Source: Gemmatimonas sp. (GTDB lineage: Bacteria > Gemmatimonadota > Gemmatimonadetes > Gemmatimonadales > Gemmatimonadaceae). Taken from it: 64,000 bases of DNA. How positions within the stretch are numbered: position 1 is the stretch's first letter; each line of letters starts with the position of its first letter. The position numbers were made by a program, and so were the translations under genes. Below, piece by piece: positions 30,202-39,080 of this stretch. Location: NCBI GenBank assembly GCA_031414535.1, contig JANNVQ010000034.1:30594-94593 (forward strand). Direction: 5' to 3'. The notes below the pieces were generated by a model. That model ran no database searches. It was given only the letters and a program-made list of their open reading frames with translations, and was not told where the DNA came from.

Positions 30202-30804
30202 GTGACCGTCGGCTGTCTCGCGCTTAATGCGTCCTTCGAACCATTGACGATGGTGCCGCTCAAGCGTGCCTTGCGTCTGGTGATCGATGGGAAGGCCGAG
30301 ATCGTCGAAGCGGACACGGGCAAGGCCGTGCGCTCCGAGCGCATGTCGGTGCCGCGTCCGGTGGTCATCCGCCTTCGCAAGTTCGTCCATGTGCCGCGGC
30401 GCTTCCGCCGCCAGGTGACGAACACCTTCCTCTTCGCCCGCGACGGTTACCGCTGCCAGTACTGCAATCGTGCGAGCTACGAGTTGCGTCCGCGCGAGTC
30501 GCTCACCCGCGACCACGTGGTGCCCATCTCACGTGGCGGCCTCAACGTCTGGACCAACGTGGTCACGGCCTGCTCAAGCTGCAACACGAAGAAGGCGAAT
30601 CATCTCGCGGCGGAAATCGGGATGCATCTCGCGCACGCTCCAGTGGAGCCGCACTTTGTGCATCTCTCTTGGGCGGTGCGCAAGCTCACGCCCACGCAGT
30701 CGCGCTACATCAAGCTGTTCTACGGTGGCGATGTGGTACGCCAGCTCGAGGCCATGGAGCGGAAGAACGGCGGTACCTTGCCGCCTGAGGCGCAGGCCAT
30801 CTAA
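30202..30804 (+). CDS. HNH endonuclease (McrA-like)
   Basis: LNASFEPL, RDGYRCQYC, TRDHVVP.SRGG...W.NVVTAC..CN..K; strong SD GAGGAGG. Confidence 0.92.
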   Translation: MTVGCLALNASFEPLTMVPLKRALRLVIDGKAEIVEADTGKAVRSERMSVPRPVVIRLRKFVHVPRRFRRQVTNTFLFARDGYRCQYCNRASYELRPRESLTRDHVVPISRGGLNVWTNVVTACSSCNTKKANHLAAEIGMHLAHAPVEPHFVHLSWAVRKLTPTQSRYIKLFYGGDVVRQLEAMERKNGGTLPPEAQAI

Positions 30805-30826
30805 GCAGCAGGTCTGCTCGCCTGTG

Positions 30827-31495
30827 CTAACGCGCAGGTCTGAAGATTGCCGTGCGCGCCGCGTACTCGCGGCGCTCGCCGCCAAGGAGCCGCGTGGTGA
30901 GGTTGCGCAGGCCTCGTGAGAGCGCCGTGCCCGGATTCCGCTGGCCGCGCACCGCTGGCGTGAGCTCACCGCGCAGCCAAGCATTCACCTCGTCTAAGTC
31001 CGACACGCTTAGCGTGCGGACCTCGAGTGCGGCTTGATAGTAGTACCGTCGGTTTCGCGTCGGCGAAGTGATTGGCACACGCAGCGGACGTTCCACTGCC
31101 GCTTCCGCGTCTTCGATTCGCGCAAAGCTGCCCAACGAGAGGACGCGGTCGCCCACTCGCTGGCTCACTTCATAACGCTGGTCCGTACCACGCCACCGCA
31201 CCAACACCTCCCACTCCACAGCGCGGTGCAATTGATCCGCAAAGCGCTCGGTTGACCACAGCTCCACGCGGTAGCTCAGGCGTGCCGGGAAGCCATTCTC
31301 CAACAGCTCACGCATACGCGCGTCGCTCAGCACGGCGCGCGCTCGCACCAAGGGGCCCTCGCTGGTGAGCTGTGCCGGCGCCGGCAACTGCACCTCAACG
31401 CGCGGCCGAGTTTGCCCAGCAAGCAGGCTCCCGCCCAACGATGACCCGAAGGTCAACGCCGCGAGCAGCAACCTGAGTGCGGGTCCGAACGTCAT
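30827..31495 (-). CDS. Exported protein, DUF4390-like
   Basis: Signal peptide, L.NGFP.RL.YRVELW; in the operon with the NtrY/NtrX-like genes. Confidence 0.55.
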   Translation of the reverse strand: MTFGPALRLLLAALTFGSSLGGSLLAGQTRPRVEVQLPAPAQLTSEGPLVRARAVLSDARMRELLENGFPARLSYRVELWSTERFADQLHRAVEWEVLVRWRGTDQRYEVSQRVGDRVLSLGSFARIEDAEAAVERPLRVPITSPTRNRRYYYQAALEVRTLSVSDLDEVNAWLRGELTPAVRGQRNPGTALSRGLRNLTTRLLGGERREYAARTAIFRPAR

Positions 31496-31496
31496 T

Positions 31497-33206
31497 TTAG
31501 AATCGCCGCCCCAATCGAATGAGGAAGTTCACGCGCTCCTGGGAGGTCGTGACTGACTTGGCCAAGTAGAAGCCGAGCCCGCCAAAGTCCACGCCAACGC
31601 CGATGGAACTGCGGAAGGTGTTCAGTGGCGGAATGCCCTTGTCCTGACGCGTCTCCAGAGGGCCGTCGCTCACCGTCCATCCGCGGCCGGCATCGGCGAA
31701 CAGCACCCACTGCCCGCGGCCGTTGAAGCCCGGACGCCACCAATCATCGTCCCGATCCGTGCGCACCCAACCCACATGGAAGTCCTGACGCAGTTCGATC
31801 TGGCCCAAGCCGATGCGATCGCAGAGCGTCGGGCTCCCCGGCATCGTCGCAATGCCTCCACAGGTGAAGACGTCATCATCAAACGGCGCTCGACGGAAAT
31901 CGTAGCCTTCAACCGAACCCGGACCGCCAACCGACAACTTTCGTTGTTGCGGCAACTCGTTTCCGCCGAGTTGTCCGCCCGCGACGATGCGGATGTTCAG
32001 CTGAGTGCCCGGTGAGAGATTCGTGTAGCGCCGTGCGTCCAGAAAGCCACGCGTGTAGGTGACCTCGGCTGGCGGGCCAAATCCTCCGAGGGGCGGCAGC
32101 GTGCGTGCCAGCGTGCCACGGCCTCGCTCCACGTCGGCCGAGATGAACCATCCCCCGAGCCACGGCGCGCGCACGCGTTCGCGCGTGTCGATCGTGAACC
32201 GCGTCGAGATGAGATCGATTGTACCCTCATCAACCTCGGGATTCACGCGCCAGGCCTGCCGGTCATTGCGCAACGCAATCGGGTTGCGCGCCCCCACCGA
32301 ACGCCAACGCTCAGATCCAAACGCCACCGTCAGCGACACTTCTTCACCGATGCGGCCGCCAATGCTGCCCTCGGCACCGTGACGTCCGTAGTGATCGCGC
32401 AGATCGCGGTGGGCGAGGAAGGTGAGCAAGCCGGCTTCCGTATTGCGCAATTGCCAAGCCTCAATCGGCTCGATCACGTCAAACAGCCGTCCACCCAACA
32501 CCAGGCCATATCCTCGGCCCACGCGCAGCTCGGTGCGAGCATCGTGGCCCATCGTGCCACGGTCCCAGCGCACAGGCTCCGCTGTGCGCATCACACCGAA
32601 CGCCTCCACCTGAATGCGGCCCCAATCCATCGTGCGACGGAAGCGCGGGCCGACAGTGACGGGAAGTCCTTCAACGCGGTTGTACGTCCGCGCGGCCACG
32701 AAGAACAGGTCCGTGTATGCCGGACGCTGCCGATCATCGTCCCTGCCGCCGATGCGTGGACGCCAGTCGCCCGGAACAAAATCCTCAGCTGCAATCAGCT
32801 CGCCATTCATGGAGTAGCGGAGTAACTCCGCCTGCGTCCGCACATCACCGCTGATGGTCACGCCATTGGCACGGCGCAGTGAGCCGCCCACAATCACGAC
32901 GTTTCCCGTGATCACGGCACCGCTCTCGAGTCGGACGTCCGCATTGATGGCTACCAGCGTGCCGTCAATGCGCCCACCAATGACTGCGGGACCATTCAGT
33001 ACACCCACGTTGCCACGCACCTCTCGGCCTGCCGGCACGTCATACGACCCAATCACCCGCGTTGTGCCCTCGGCGTTCCAGGTCGCAACCGCCACCTCCG
33101 CGATGGGGCCCCCGCGTCCCTGCGCCTCGAGCGGCGACAGAAGTGGCATCAAAAGCACCAGCGCGACCAGCTTCACCATTCGCATCATTCGCTCCACGAG
33201 GTTCAT
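31497..33206 (-). CDS. Exported protein with an N-terminal bactofilin-like beta-helix and a C-terminal outer-membrane beta-barrel
   Basis: Signal ending LEAQ, V.G.V repeats, YNRVEGL, GG.GS..GY.F, FADAGRGW, terminal Phe. Confidence 0.6.
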   Translation of the reverse strand: MNLVERMMRMVKLVALVLLMPLLSPLEAQGRGGPIAEVAVATWNAEGTTRVIGSYDVPAGREVRGNVGVLNGPAVIGGRIDGTLVAINADVRLESGAVITGNVVIVGGSLRRANGVTISGDVRTQAELLRYSMNGELIAAEDFVPGDWRPRIGGRDDDRQRPAYTDLFFVAARTYNRVEGLPVTVGPRFRRTMDWGRIQVEAFGVMRTAEPVRWDRGTMGHDARTELRVGRGYGLVLGGRLFDVIEPIEAWQLRNTEAGLLTFLAHRDLRDHYGRHGAEGSIGGRIGEEVSLTVAFGSERWRSVGARNPIALRNDRQAWRVNPEVDEGTIDLISTRFTIDTRERVRAPWLGGWFISADVERGRGTLARTLPPLGGFGPPAEVTYTRGFLDARRYTNLSPGTQLNIRIVAGGQLGGNELPQQRKLSVGGPGSVEGYDFRRAPFDDDVFTCGGIATMPGSPTLCDRIGLGQIELRQDFHVGWVRTDRDDDWWRPGFNGRGQWVLFADAGRGWTVSDGPLETRQDKGIPPLNTFRSSIGVGVDFGGLGFYLAKSVTTSQERVNFLIRLGRRF

Positions 33207-33210
33207 AGCG

Positions 33211-34587
33211 TCACTCTACCCCGCTGATGCCGAGTCGGCGCATCCGGCGATACAGGTTGGGACGGTCGGTCAGCAAGCGACGTGCGGCCTCGGCCACCAC
33301 TCCATTCGCCGCCTGCAAGGCGCGTTGAATCAACAGGCGTTCGTAGTCATCGAGTTGATCGCTCAGTCCCATCTCCAATCGGTCAGCGCCCGGAAGACTT
33401 GCCGGCGCCGACGTTGCGATGTCCAGAGCCGGCAACACTTCGTGTACGTCGTCCGCCGTGATCTCGCGCCCCGCGTGTAGAATCGCCAGCCGCTCAACGA
33501 TGTTGGCGAGTTCGCGAACGTTGCCCGGCCAGCGGTAGCGCGTCATCGCTTGCACGGCTTCGTCGGTCCACACTGGTGCAGGCTGTCCGCTGCGGCGGCG
33601 ATGAATCATCGCGAAGTGCAGCACGAGATCAGGAATGTCCCCGGGATGCTCGCGCAGCGGCGGCACCGATATCGGGATGACGTTCAAGCGGAAGTAGAGA
33701 TCCTCGCGGAAGCGGCCTTCGCGCACTTCCTTCGCCAAGTCTCTGTTGGTGGCGGCGAGCACGCGCACGTCTACGCGAATGTGCCTACCGCCACCCACGC
33801 GCTCGATCTCCCGCGCTTCGATGGCGCGCAGCAACTTGGCCTGCGCCTCAGCGGAGAGTTCGCCCACTTCGTCGAGCAAGAGCGTGCCGGTGTGGGCCAT
33901 CTCAAAGCGCCCGATGCGACGCTCTGTGGCGCCAGTGAAGGCACCGCGCTCGTGGCCGAACATCTCGCTCTCGACCAAGTCCCGCGGAATGGCCGCGCAG
34001 TTCACGCGCACGAATGGCTTCTCGCGCCGGGGGCTCTGGGCGTGGATGGCTGCCGCCACGAGTTCTTTGCCAGTACCCGACTCTCCTGAGATGAGCACAC
34101 GAGCATCACTCGGGGCCACACGGGCTATCATGGCCTTCACGGCATCGAGCGCGGGGCTGGTGCCGACCAGTTGACCCGCGAGTCCGAGATCCGCGCGCAA
34201 GGCTGTGCGCTCACGTCGCGCTTGCCGAAGTTCAAGCGCGCTGGAGATGGCCAACAGCACACCTTCGGGCGTGAGGGGCTTCTCGAGGAAGTTCACCGCG
34301 CCAAGGCGCGTCGCCTTAACGGCGTCGCCGAGACCCGCGCGGCCAGACATCATCACCACAGGCAGGTCCGGAATGCGCTCGCGCAACTGCTCGAGCAGCA
34401 CCAGCCCGTCCGTCGGGTTTGGCATCATCAGGTCGAGCAGCACCAAGTCCGGATCCGTCTCCGAGGCTTTGCTCAGGCCTGCTGCGGCATCTGCCGCCTC
34501 ATGCACTTCGAAGCCTTCGGAGCTCAACAATGCGCCCACCATCCGCCGGATGTTGGGTTCGTCGTCAACGATGAGAATGGAGGCCAT
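33211..34587 (-). CDS. Sigma-54-dependent response regulator (NtrC/NtrX family)
   Basis: Receiver domain, GESGTGKE, GAFTGA, LDEVGE, WPGNVREL, Fis-type HTH. Confidence 0.95.
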   Translation of the reverse strand: MASILIVDDEPNIRRMVGALLSSEGFEVHEAADAAAGLSKASETDPDLVLLDLMMPNPTDGLVLLEQLRERIPDLPVVMMSGRAGLGDAVKATRLGAVNFLEKPLTPEGVLLAISSALELRQARRERTALRADLGLAGQLVGTSPALDAVKAMIARVAPSDARVLISGESGTGKELVAAAIHAQSPRREKPFVRVNCAAIPRDLVESEMFGHERGAFTGATERRIGRFEMAHTGTLLLDEVGELSAEAQAKLLRAIEAREIERVGGGRHIRVDVRVLAATNRDLAKEVREGRFREDLYFRLNVIPISVPPLREHPGDIPDLVLHFAMIHRRRSGQPAPVWTDEAVQAMTRYRWPGNVRELANIVERLAILHAGREITADDVHEVLPALDIATSAPASLPGADRLEMGLSDQLDDYERLLIQRALQAANGVVAEAARRLLTDRPNLYRRMRRLGISGVE

Positions 34588-34591
34588 TTAG

Positions 34592-34615
34592 GGACGGATG
34601 ACGGAGGACGGAAGC
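34592..34615 (+). repeat. (GACGGAT)n repeat, single arm
   Basis: GGACGGATGACGGAGGACGGAAGC fills most of a 35-bp intergenic gap. Confidence 0.85.
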
Positions 34616-34622
34616 AAAGGGC

Positions 34623-34898
34623 TTAGCGAGGCTCGGAGTGTGGTAGCGATTTCACCTGCTGCTCACGCTCGGCGAGGAGTTTGGTCACGAAGCGCTGTCC
34701 TTCGCTGATACGTTCGACCTCGATGGCCATGGCCTCGATTGCGGCCTCCATTCTCGCGAGTTGCGCCTCGGAGAGCTGTGACGGCTGCCGCGGTTCGGAA
34801 TCCTTCCGCCGGACATAGGAGCGCACGAGCGGCACGCCAATCGCGAGCACGATGATCGTGAAGAAGAATGTCCCAATGAAGAAAATGTCCTCGTTCAT
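34623..34898 (-). CDS. Small single-pass membrane protein
   Basis: ATG 34898 overlaps the kinase stop; TM helix followed by ME.AIEAMAIEVERISEGQRFVTKLL. Confidence 0.75.
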   Translation of the reverse strand: MNEDIFFIGTFFFTIIVLAIGVPLVRSYVRRKDSEPRQPSQLSEAQLARMEAAIEAMAIEVERISEGQRFVTKLLAEREQQVKSLPHSEPR

Positions 34899-36097
34899 GC
34901 CGACTCCGATGCGGGAAAGTGCAGACGGATCTCCGTCCCCTGACCGGGCGTGCTCGTCGCGTCCACGCGGCCGCCGTGGCTTACGATGGTTTGCTTGACG
35001 ATGGCCAGTCCAAGGCCCGTGCCGCCCGTCTTGTTGGTGACGTAGGGCTCCCAAATCCGCTCAAGGCGCTCTGGTGGAATCCCTATGCCATCATCGCGTA
35101 CGGCCAGCGTGACTGTGCCGTTTCGCCCGGTCACGAGCACGGAGATGTTGCCGCGCCCTTGTGTGGCGTCCACGGCGTTGAGCAGCACGTTACCCAACGC
35201 GCGCTGCAACGCATCGTGCTGGCCGCGCACGAGAAACGGACCGCCGTCGGTCTTCACTTCCTGCGTGACCGTGCGCGGCAGGTTCGAGCGTGTGCTGTCG
35301 CGGGCCAGATCCGCGAGGTCCACGTCGGCGGTAGGTCCTTCGGGCAGCTTCCCGAACTGCGCAAAGTTGCGCGCCATAGCCTCCAGCCGCGCGGACTCGG
35401 CGTCGAGCACCTCAATGGTCTCCCGGAGTTCTGGCCCCACTTTCTGTCGTAGCGTGGCGACGGCAAATCGAATGGGTGTGAGCGGATTCTTGAGCTCGTG
35501 CGCCACCTGCCGTGCGGATTCCCTGAACGCCGAGAGACGCTCGGCTTCAAGGGCCGAGCGACGGCCTGCTTCGAGGTCCAACGCCATCGCGCGCATGCGG
35601 TCCCGCAACATGCCAAACTCCGGGGCACCCTTCAGTTCGGCCTCCGCGGGCAATGGCAGACGCTCACCTCGCGCGATGCGATCGGTCCAGCCCACGAGCT
35701 CGTCCAACGGGCGCGACAACTGGCGACTCAAGTGCCCCGCCACACGCGATGCGATGAAGCTCAGCAGGGCCATCAACACCAGTCCCGTCACGATGAGCAC
35801 GACAGAGGTCTGATTCAGCAGATAGTTCAGTCGGCGCGCCTGCACCCGCGCCTCGCCGAGTTCTTCTACATGCTGGGTGAGCAAAGAATCGGTTTTCGCC
35901 GCACGCGGCGCCTCGCGAGCGGCCCTAACGGCGGCCTCCCCATTGGCGGCTACTTGATCCCAGGCCCCTACGCTTGAGAGGCGCGGCAGAATGCGCGCCG
36001 TCACCCCGCTCCAGGCCAAGGTCAGTACGACCGCCGGGACGAAGGTGAACAGCGCGAGAATCAAGAAGAGCCGAGTCCGGAACCGCGGGGTACGCAC
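34895..36097 (-). CDS. HAMP-domain sensor histidine kinase (NtrY-like)
   Basis: Two TM segments, HAMP, ARQVAHELKNPLTPI, NAVDA, DDGIGI, GTGLGL. Confidence 0.92.
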   Translation of the reverse strand: MRTPRFRTRLFLILALFTFVPAVVLTLAWSGVTARILPRLSSVGAWDQVAANGEAAVRAAREAPRAAKTDSLLTQHVEELGEARVQARRLNYLLNQTSVVLIVTGLVLMALLSFIASRVAGHLSRQLSRPLDELVGWTDRIARGERLPLPAEAELKGAPEFGMLRDRMRAMALDLEAGRRSALEAERLSAFRESARQVAHELKNPLTPIRFAVATLRQKVGPELRETIEVLDAESARLEAMARNFAQFGKLPEGPTADVDLADLARDSTRSNLPRTVTQEVKTDGGPFLVRGQHDALQRALGNVLLNAVDATQGRGNISVLVTGRNGTVTLAVRDDGIGIPPERLERIWEPYVTNKTGGTGLGLAIVKQTIVSHGGRVDATSTPGQGTEIRLHFPASESA

Positions 36098-36152
36098 CCC
36101 CCAAATCTGGGGCCTTTCGCCCTCAGGCGCAGGGCCGGAAGTGCCCGCCCCA

Positions 36153-36181
36153 GTGACATTTGCGCCTTATCCGACTACTTT
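36153..36181 (+). promoter_or_regulatory. Sigma70-type promoter candidate for the NYN gene
   Basis: GTGACA-17 nt-TACTTT. Confidence 0.5.
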
Positions 36182-36319
36182 TCTACGCAGGACGCGCTCG
36201 GCGCGTCGATGATCCACCGCCTTCGCGCGAGACCATCGGCACGTCGAGCTGGCGCCCCCCGAGCGGGTGAGAGTGTTCTCCCTGCCGGTACTCATTCGGC
36301 GATTTACGCCAGGAAACAG

Positions 36320-38026
36320 ATGCACCTACGTACAGCTTCAGCCGTGGCCGCGCGCCAAGCGCGCGTCCCGGTCGCCCCGCTCCATAGGGGTCCGCAGGCC
36401 AGCGCACTCGGTGGTACCTCAGCCCACGCGCCTAACGCAGCACTGCTCATCGACTTTGATAACGTCACGATGGGCATCCGCTCCGATCTTCAGACGGAGC
36501 TCCGTAACCTCCTCAGCAGCTCGATCATCTCCGGAAAGGTCGCCGTCCAGCGTGCATACGCTGACTGGCGCCGCTACCCGCAGTACATCGTGCCGCTCAG
36601 CGAGTCGTCCATTGACCTCATCTTCGCGCCCGCCTACGGTAGCTCGAAGAAGAACGCCACGGACATCCGCCTCGCCGTAGACGCCATCGAATTGGTGTTC
36701 ACGCGTCCGGAAATCGGCACCTACATCCTGCTCTCCGGCGACAGCGACTTCTCGTCTCTGGTGCTGAAGCTCAAGGAGTACGGCAAGTACGTGATTGGTG
36801 TGGGCATTCGCGAGAGCTCGAGCGACCTGCTCGTGCAGAATTGCGACGAGTACTACTCCTACAACGCGCTCGCCGGCCTCGTGAAGACGGGCGACGAAAA
36901 CGGAACCGCCAAGAAGTGGGATCCCTGGGAGCTCGTCACCGAGTCCATTGGCCGCATGCAGAAGAACGGCGACGTGATGCGCGCCGATCGTCTCAAGCAG
37001 GTCATGCAGGAAATTGACGCGACCTTCGATGAGAAGGATCTCGGGATGTCCAAGTTCTCGCGCTTCTGCATGGAAGCCGCGCAGAAGGGGCTCATCCATG
37101 TGGCCAAGCTCGACAACGGCCAGCTCGAAGTCGGCCCGGCCAAGAAGGACGGCGTGGTTGTCGTGGCTGCCGCTGCCGCGCCGCGCGCCGAAGGGGAAGA
37201 GCGGGAGAGCGGTCGCAGCCGTCGCGGTCGTCGTGGCCGCGGTGGTCGTGGTCGCGATCGTGAAGATCGTCCGGCCACTCCTGCGCAGGGTGAACTCGTG
37301 GTTGAAGCGGCGGAGGACCTTGTGGCTCCCGTTGCCGCAGCCGCGCCGCGTCACGAGCGCGCTCCGCGTCCGGACCGTGTTCCCCGTCCCGATCGCGTGC
37401 CCCGGCCGGCGCCTGCGCCGGCCGTGGACGAAAGCATCGGCGTCGCTGGCATTCGTCTCACGCGTGATGAGGCCTTTGGTCTTGTGCGTGATGCAGTGAA
37501 CGCGGTGGCGGCCGGTGACAACCCGGTTCCGAGCGAGACCGTGCGAGTGAAGGCGTTCGCACTACTCGGTCGCGATTCCGAGTCACTCTCGGCCAAGAAC
37601 TTCGCGCGCATCTTGAAGGACGCGCACGATGGTGGAGTGCTCGACCTCCGCAAGCGCGGTGAGGCCTTCGAGGTGACCGCCGTGAGCGGCGCCCCGAGCA
37701 TCGCTGATCAGTTGAGTGCAGCCGAGGAAGCCCACAAGCCGGTGGTGGCGCCGTCTGCGCCTGCGCCGCGTGGTATGGGTCATCGTTCGGTGCCGGCGGG
37801 GCGCGGTGCGCGTGGCGGCAAGCCAGTGCCCCCGTCGCTCTTACTCCTCGGTGTGGTCGAGGACGAGGCGCCGGCTCCGGCGCCAAAGGCTGAAGAGCCA
37901 GAGGAGAAGGTGAAGGCGCCCGCGAAGAAGCCTGCGGCCAAGAAGAAGGCTGTGAAGGCGGCAAGCAACGGCGCTGCGCCAAAGGCCAAGAAGCCCGCTG
38001 CCAAGAAGAAGGCTGCAAAGGCGTAA
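36320..38026 (+). CDS. NYN (LabA/DUF88) domain protein with OST-HTH/LOTUS-like domain(s) and low-complexity basic regions
   Basis: ALLIDFDNV, RAYADW, KNATDIRLAVDA, LLSGDSDF; LKQ.M...D.TFDE..LG.SKFS; start ATG 36320 after AGGA. Confidence 0.88.
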   Translation: MHLRTASAVAARQARVPVAPLHRGPQASALGGTSAHAPNAALLIDFDNVTMGIRSDLQTELRNLLSSSIISGKVAVQRAYADWRRYPQYIVPLSESSIDLIFAPAYGSSKKNATDIRLAVDAIELVFTRPEIGTYILLSGDSDFSSLVLKLKEYGKYVIGVGIRESSSDLLVQNCDEYYSYNALAGLVKTGDENGTAKKWDPWELVTESIGRMQKNGDVMRADRLKQVMQEIDATFDEKDLGMSKFSRFCMEAAQKGLIHVAKLDNGQLEVGPAKKDGVVVVAAAAAPRAEGEERESGRSRRGRRGRGGRGRDREDRPATPAQGELVVEAAEDLVAPVAAAAPRHERAPRPDRVPRPDRVPRPAPAPAVDESIGVAGIRLTRDEAFGLVRDAVNAVAAGDNPVPSETVRVKAFALLGRDSESLSAKNFARILKDAHDGGVLDLRKRGEAFEVTAVSGAPSIADQLSAAEEAHKPVVAPSAPAPRGMGHRSVPAGRGARGGKPVPPSLLLLGVVEDEAPAPAPKAEEPEEKVKAPAKKPAAKKKAVKAASNGAAPKAKKPAAKKKAAKA

Positions 38027-38041
38027 CTCGACGAAAGACGG

Positions 38042-38087
38042 AAGGGGCGGCGCGCAGATGATTGCGTGCCGCCCCTTTCGTTTGTTC
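38042..38087 (+). terminator. Intrinsic terminator after the NYN gene, possibly bidirectional
   Basis: AAGGGGCGGCGCGCA-GATGAT-TGCGTGCCGCCCCTT followed by TCGTTTGTT. Confidence 0.75.
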
Positions 38088-38100
38088 GTCACATGATCTG

Positions 38101-39039
38101 CTACGGTTTCGCTCGCGCGCCCTCAATGGGCAGCGCCGCATCACGGCTCCACTCATCAAACGAGCCATCGTACAGCGTCACATCGCGGCCCAAGTACCTC
38201 AGCGTGAGATACATCCACGAGGCCTGCAGTCCGATGTGGCAGTACGTCGTGAGCTGATCGTCCGGCTCGATGCCTGCTGCAGCTACCAAACGTTCAAGCT
38301 CGGCGCGCACCTTAAACCGGCCATCAGCTTGGGTGGCCGAGTTGAACGGCAAATTCACCGCGCTCGCGATGTGTCCGCCGCGTGGCATCCCGTTGTCGCG
38401 CGTGTCCTCATAAAACTCCGGCGCTCGCGCGTCCACCAGTTGACGTCCCTGGCCCGCTGCCGCCGCGCTGACGGAGTCGCGGGTGGCAACACGCGCAGCA
38501 TTGGCGCGGATGCGCACGTCACCAACGGCCACACGCAACGCCGCTCCACTCGTGACTTGGCGGTTTGCCGCACGCCAAGCCGGCAGCCCGCCATCAAGCA
38601 CCGCCACGCGATCGCGCAGTCCCGCCCACTCCAGCGTGAAGAAGCTGCGCCCCGCCCGTGTGAAGGCCGGCGGCATATCAAAAACAATCACGATGCGAGA
38701 GTCCGTTCGGACGCCCAACGTGCGTAGTCGCGCCTCCAACACGGCTGGACTCGGCAACTCCATGCGTAGGCCACCTTGTACCGCAGGCGCAACAATCACA
38801 GAATCAAAATCCAAGCGCTGCGCACTCGGGACGTGCCCCGCGCGGAACGAAGAGTCCGTGCCGAGTTGCAAGACCACGAGGCCCGGACGCGCCAACTCGG
38901 CGGCCAGCCAGTCAACGGTCACCACAGGGCTTAGCGGCGCGCCCTGAGCTTGTAGCGGGGACGGATGACGGATGACGGATGCCAGAAGCACGAGACTCAG
39001 TGCAAAGCCCCATCGCGAGCCACCCAATTCCCGGCGCAC
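38101..39039 (-). CDS. Exported tandem-rhodanese sulfurtransferase
   Basis: GHVPSA, VAVLDGGL.AW, LVDAR, GHIASA, active-site YCHIG, LYDGSFDEWS; signal peptide from GTG 39039 ending LQAQ. Confidence 0.9.
   Translation of the reverse strand: MRRELGGSRWGFALSLVLLASVIRHPSPLQAQGAPLSPVVTVDWLAAELARPGLVVLQLGTDSSFRAGHVPSAQRLDFDSVIVAPAVQGGLRMELPSPAVLEARLRTLGVRTDSRIVIVFDMPPAFTRAGRSFFTLEWAGLRDRVAVLDGGLPAWRAANRQVTSGAALRVAVGDVRIRANAARVATRDSVSAAAAGQGRQLVDARAPEFYEDTRDNGMPRGGHIASAVNLPFNSATQADGRFKVRAELERLVAAAGIEPDDQLTTYCHIGLQASWMYLTLRYLGRDVTLYDGSFDEWSRDAALPIEGARAKP
38959..38982 (+). repeat. (GACGGAT)n 24-bp repeat, left arm, inside a CDS
   Basis: GGACGGATGACGGATGACGGATGC, identical to 2949-2972. Confidence 0.9.
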
Positions 39040-39051
39040 GCCAAGCAGTGT

Positions 39052-39075
39052 GCATCCGTCATCTGTCATCCGTCC
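39052..39075 (-). repeat. (GACGGAT)n 24-bp repeat, right arm
   Basis: GCATCCGTCATCTGTCATCCGTCC, just after the kbl stop. Confidence 0.9.
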
Positions 39076-39080
39076 AAAAC

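Noticed and set aside
30202..30804. HNH nuclease as a defence system or homing element
   Set aside because: It is a standalone gene behind ilvE with host-like codon usage, and has no methylase, intron or mobile context.
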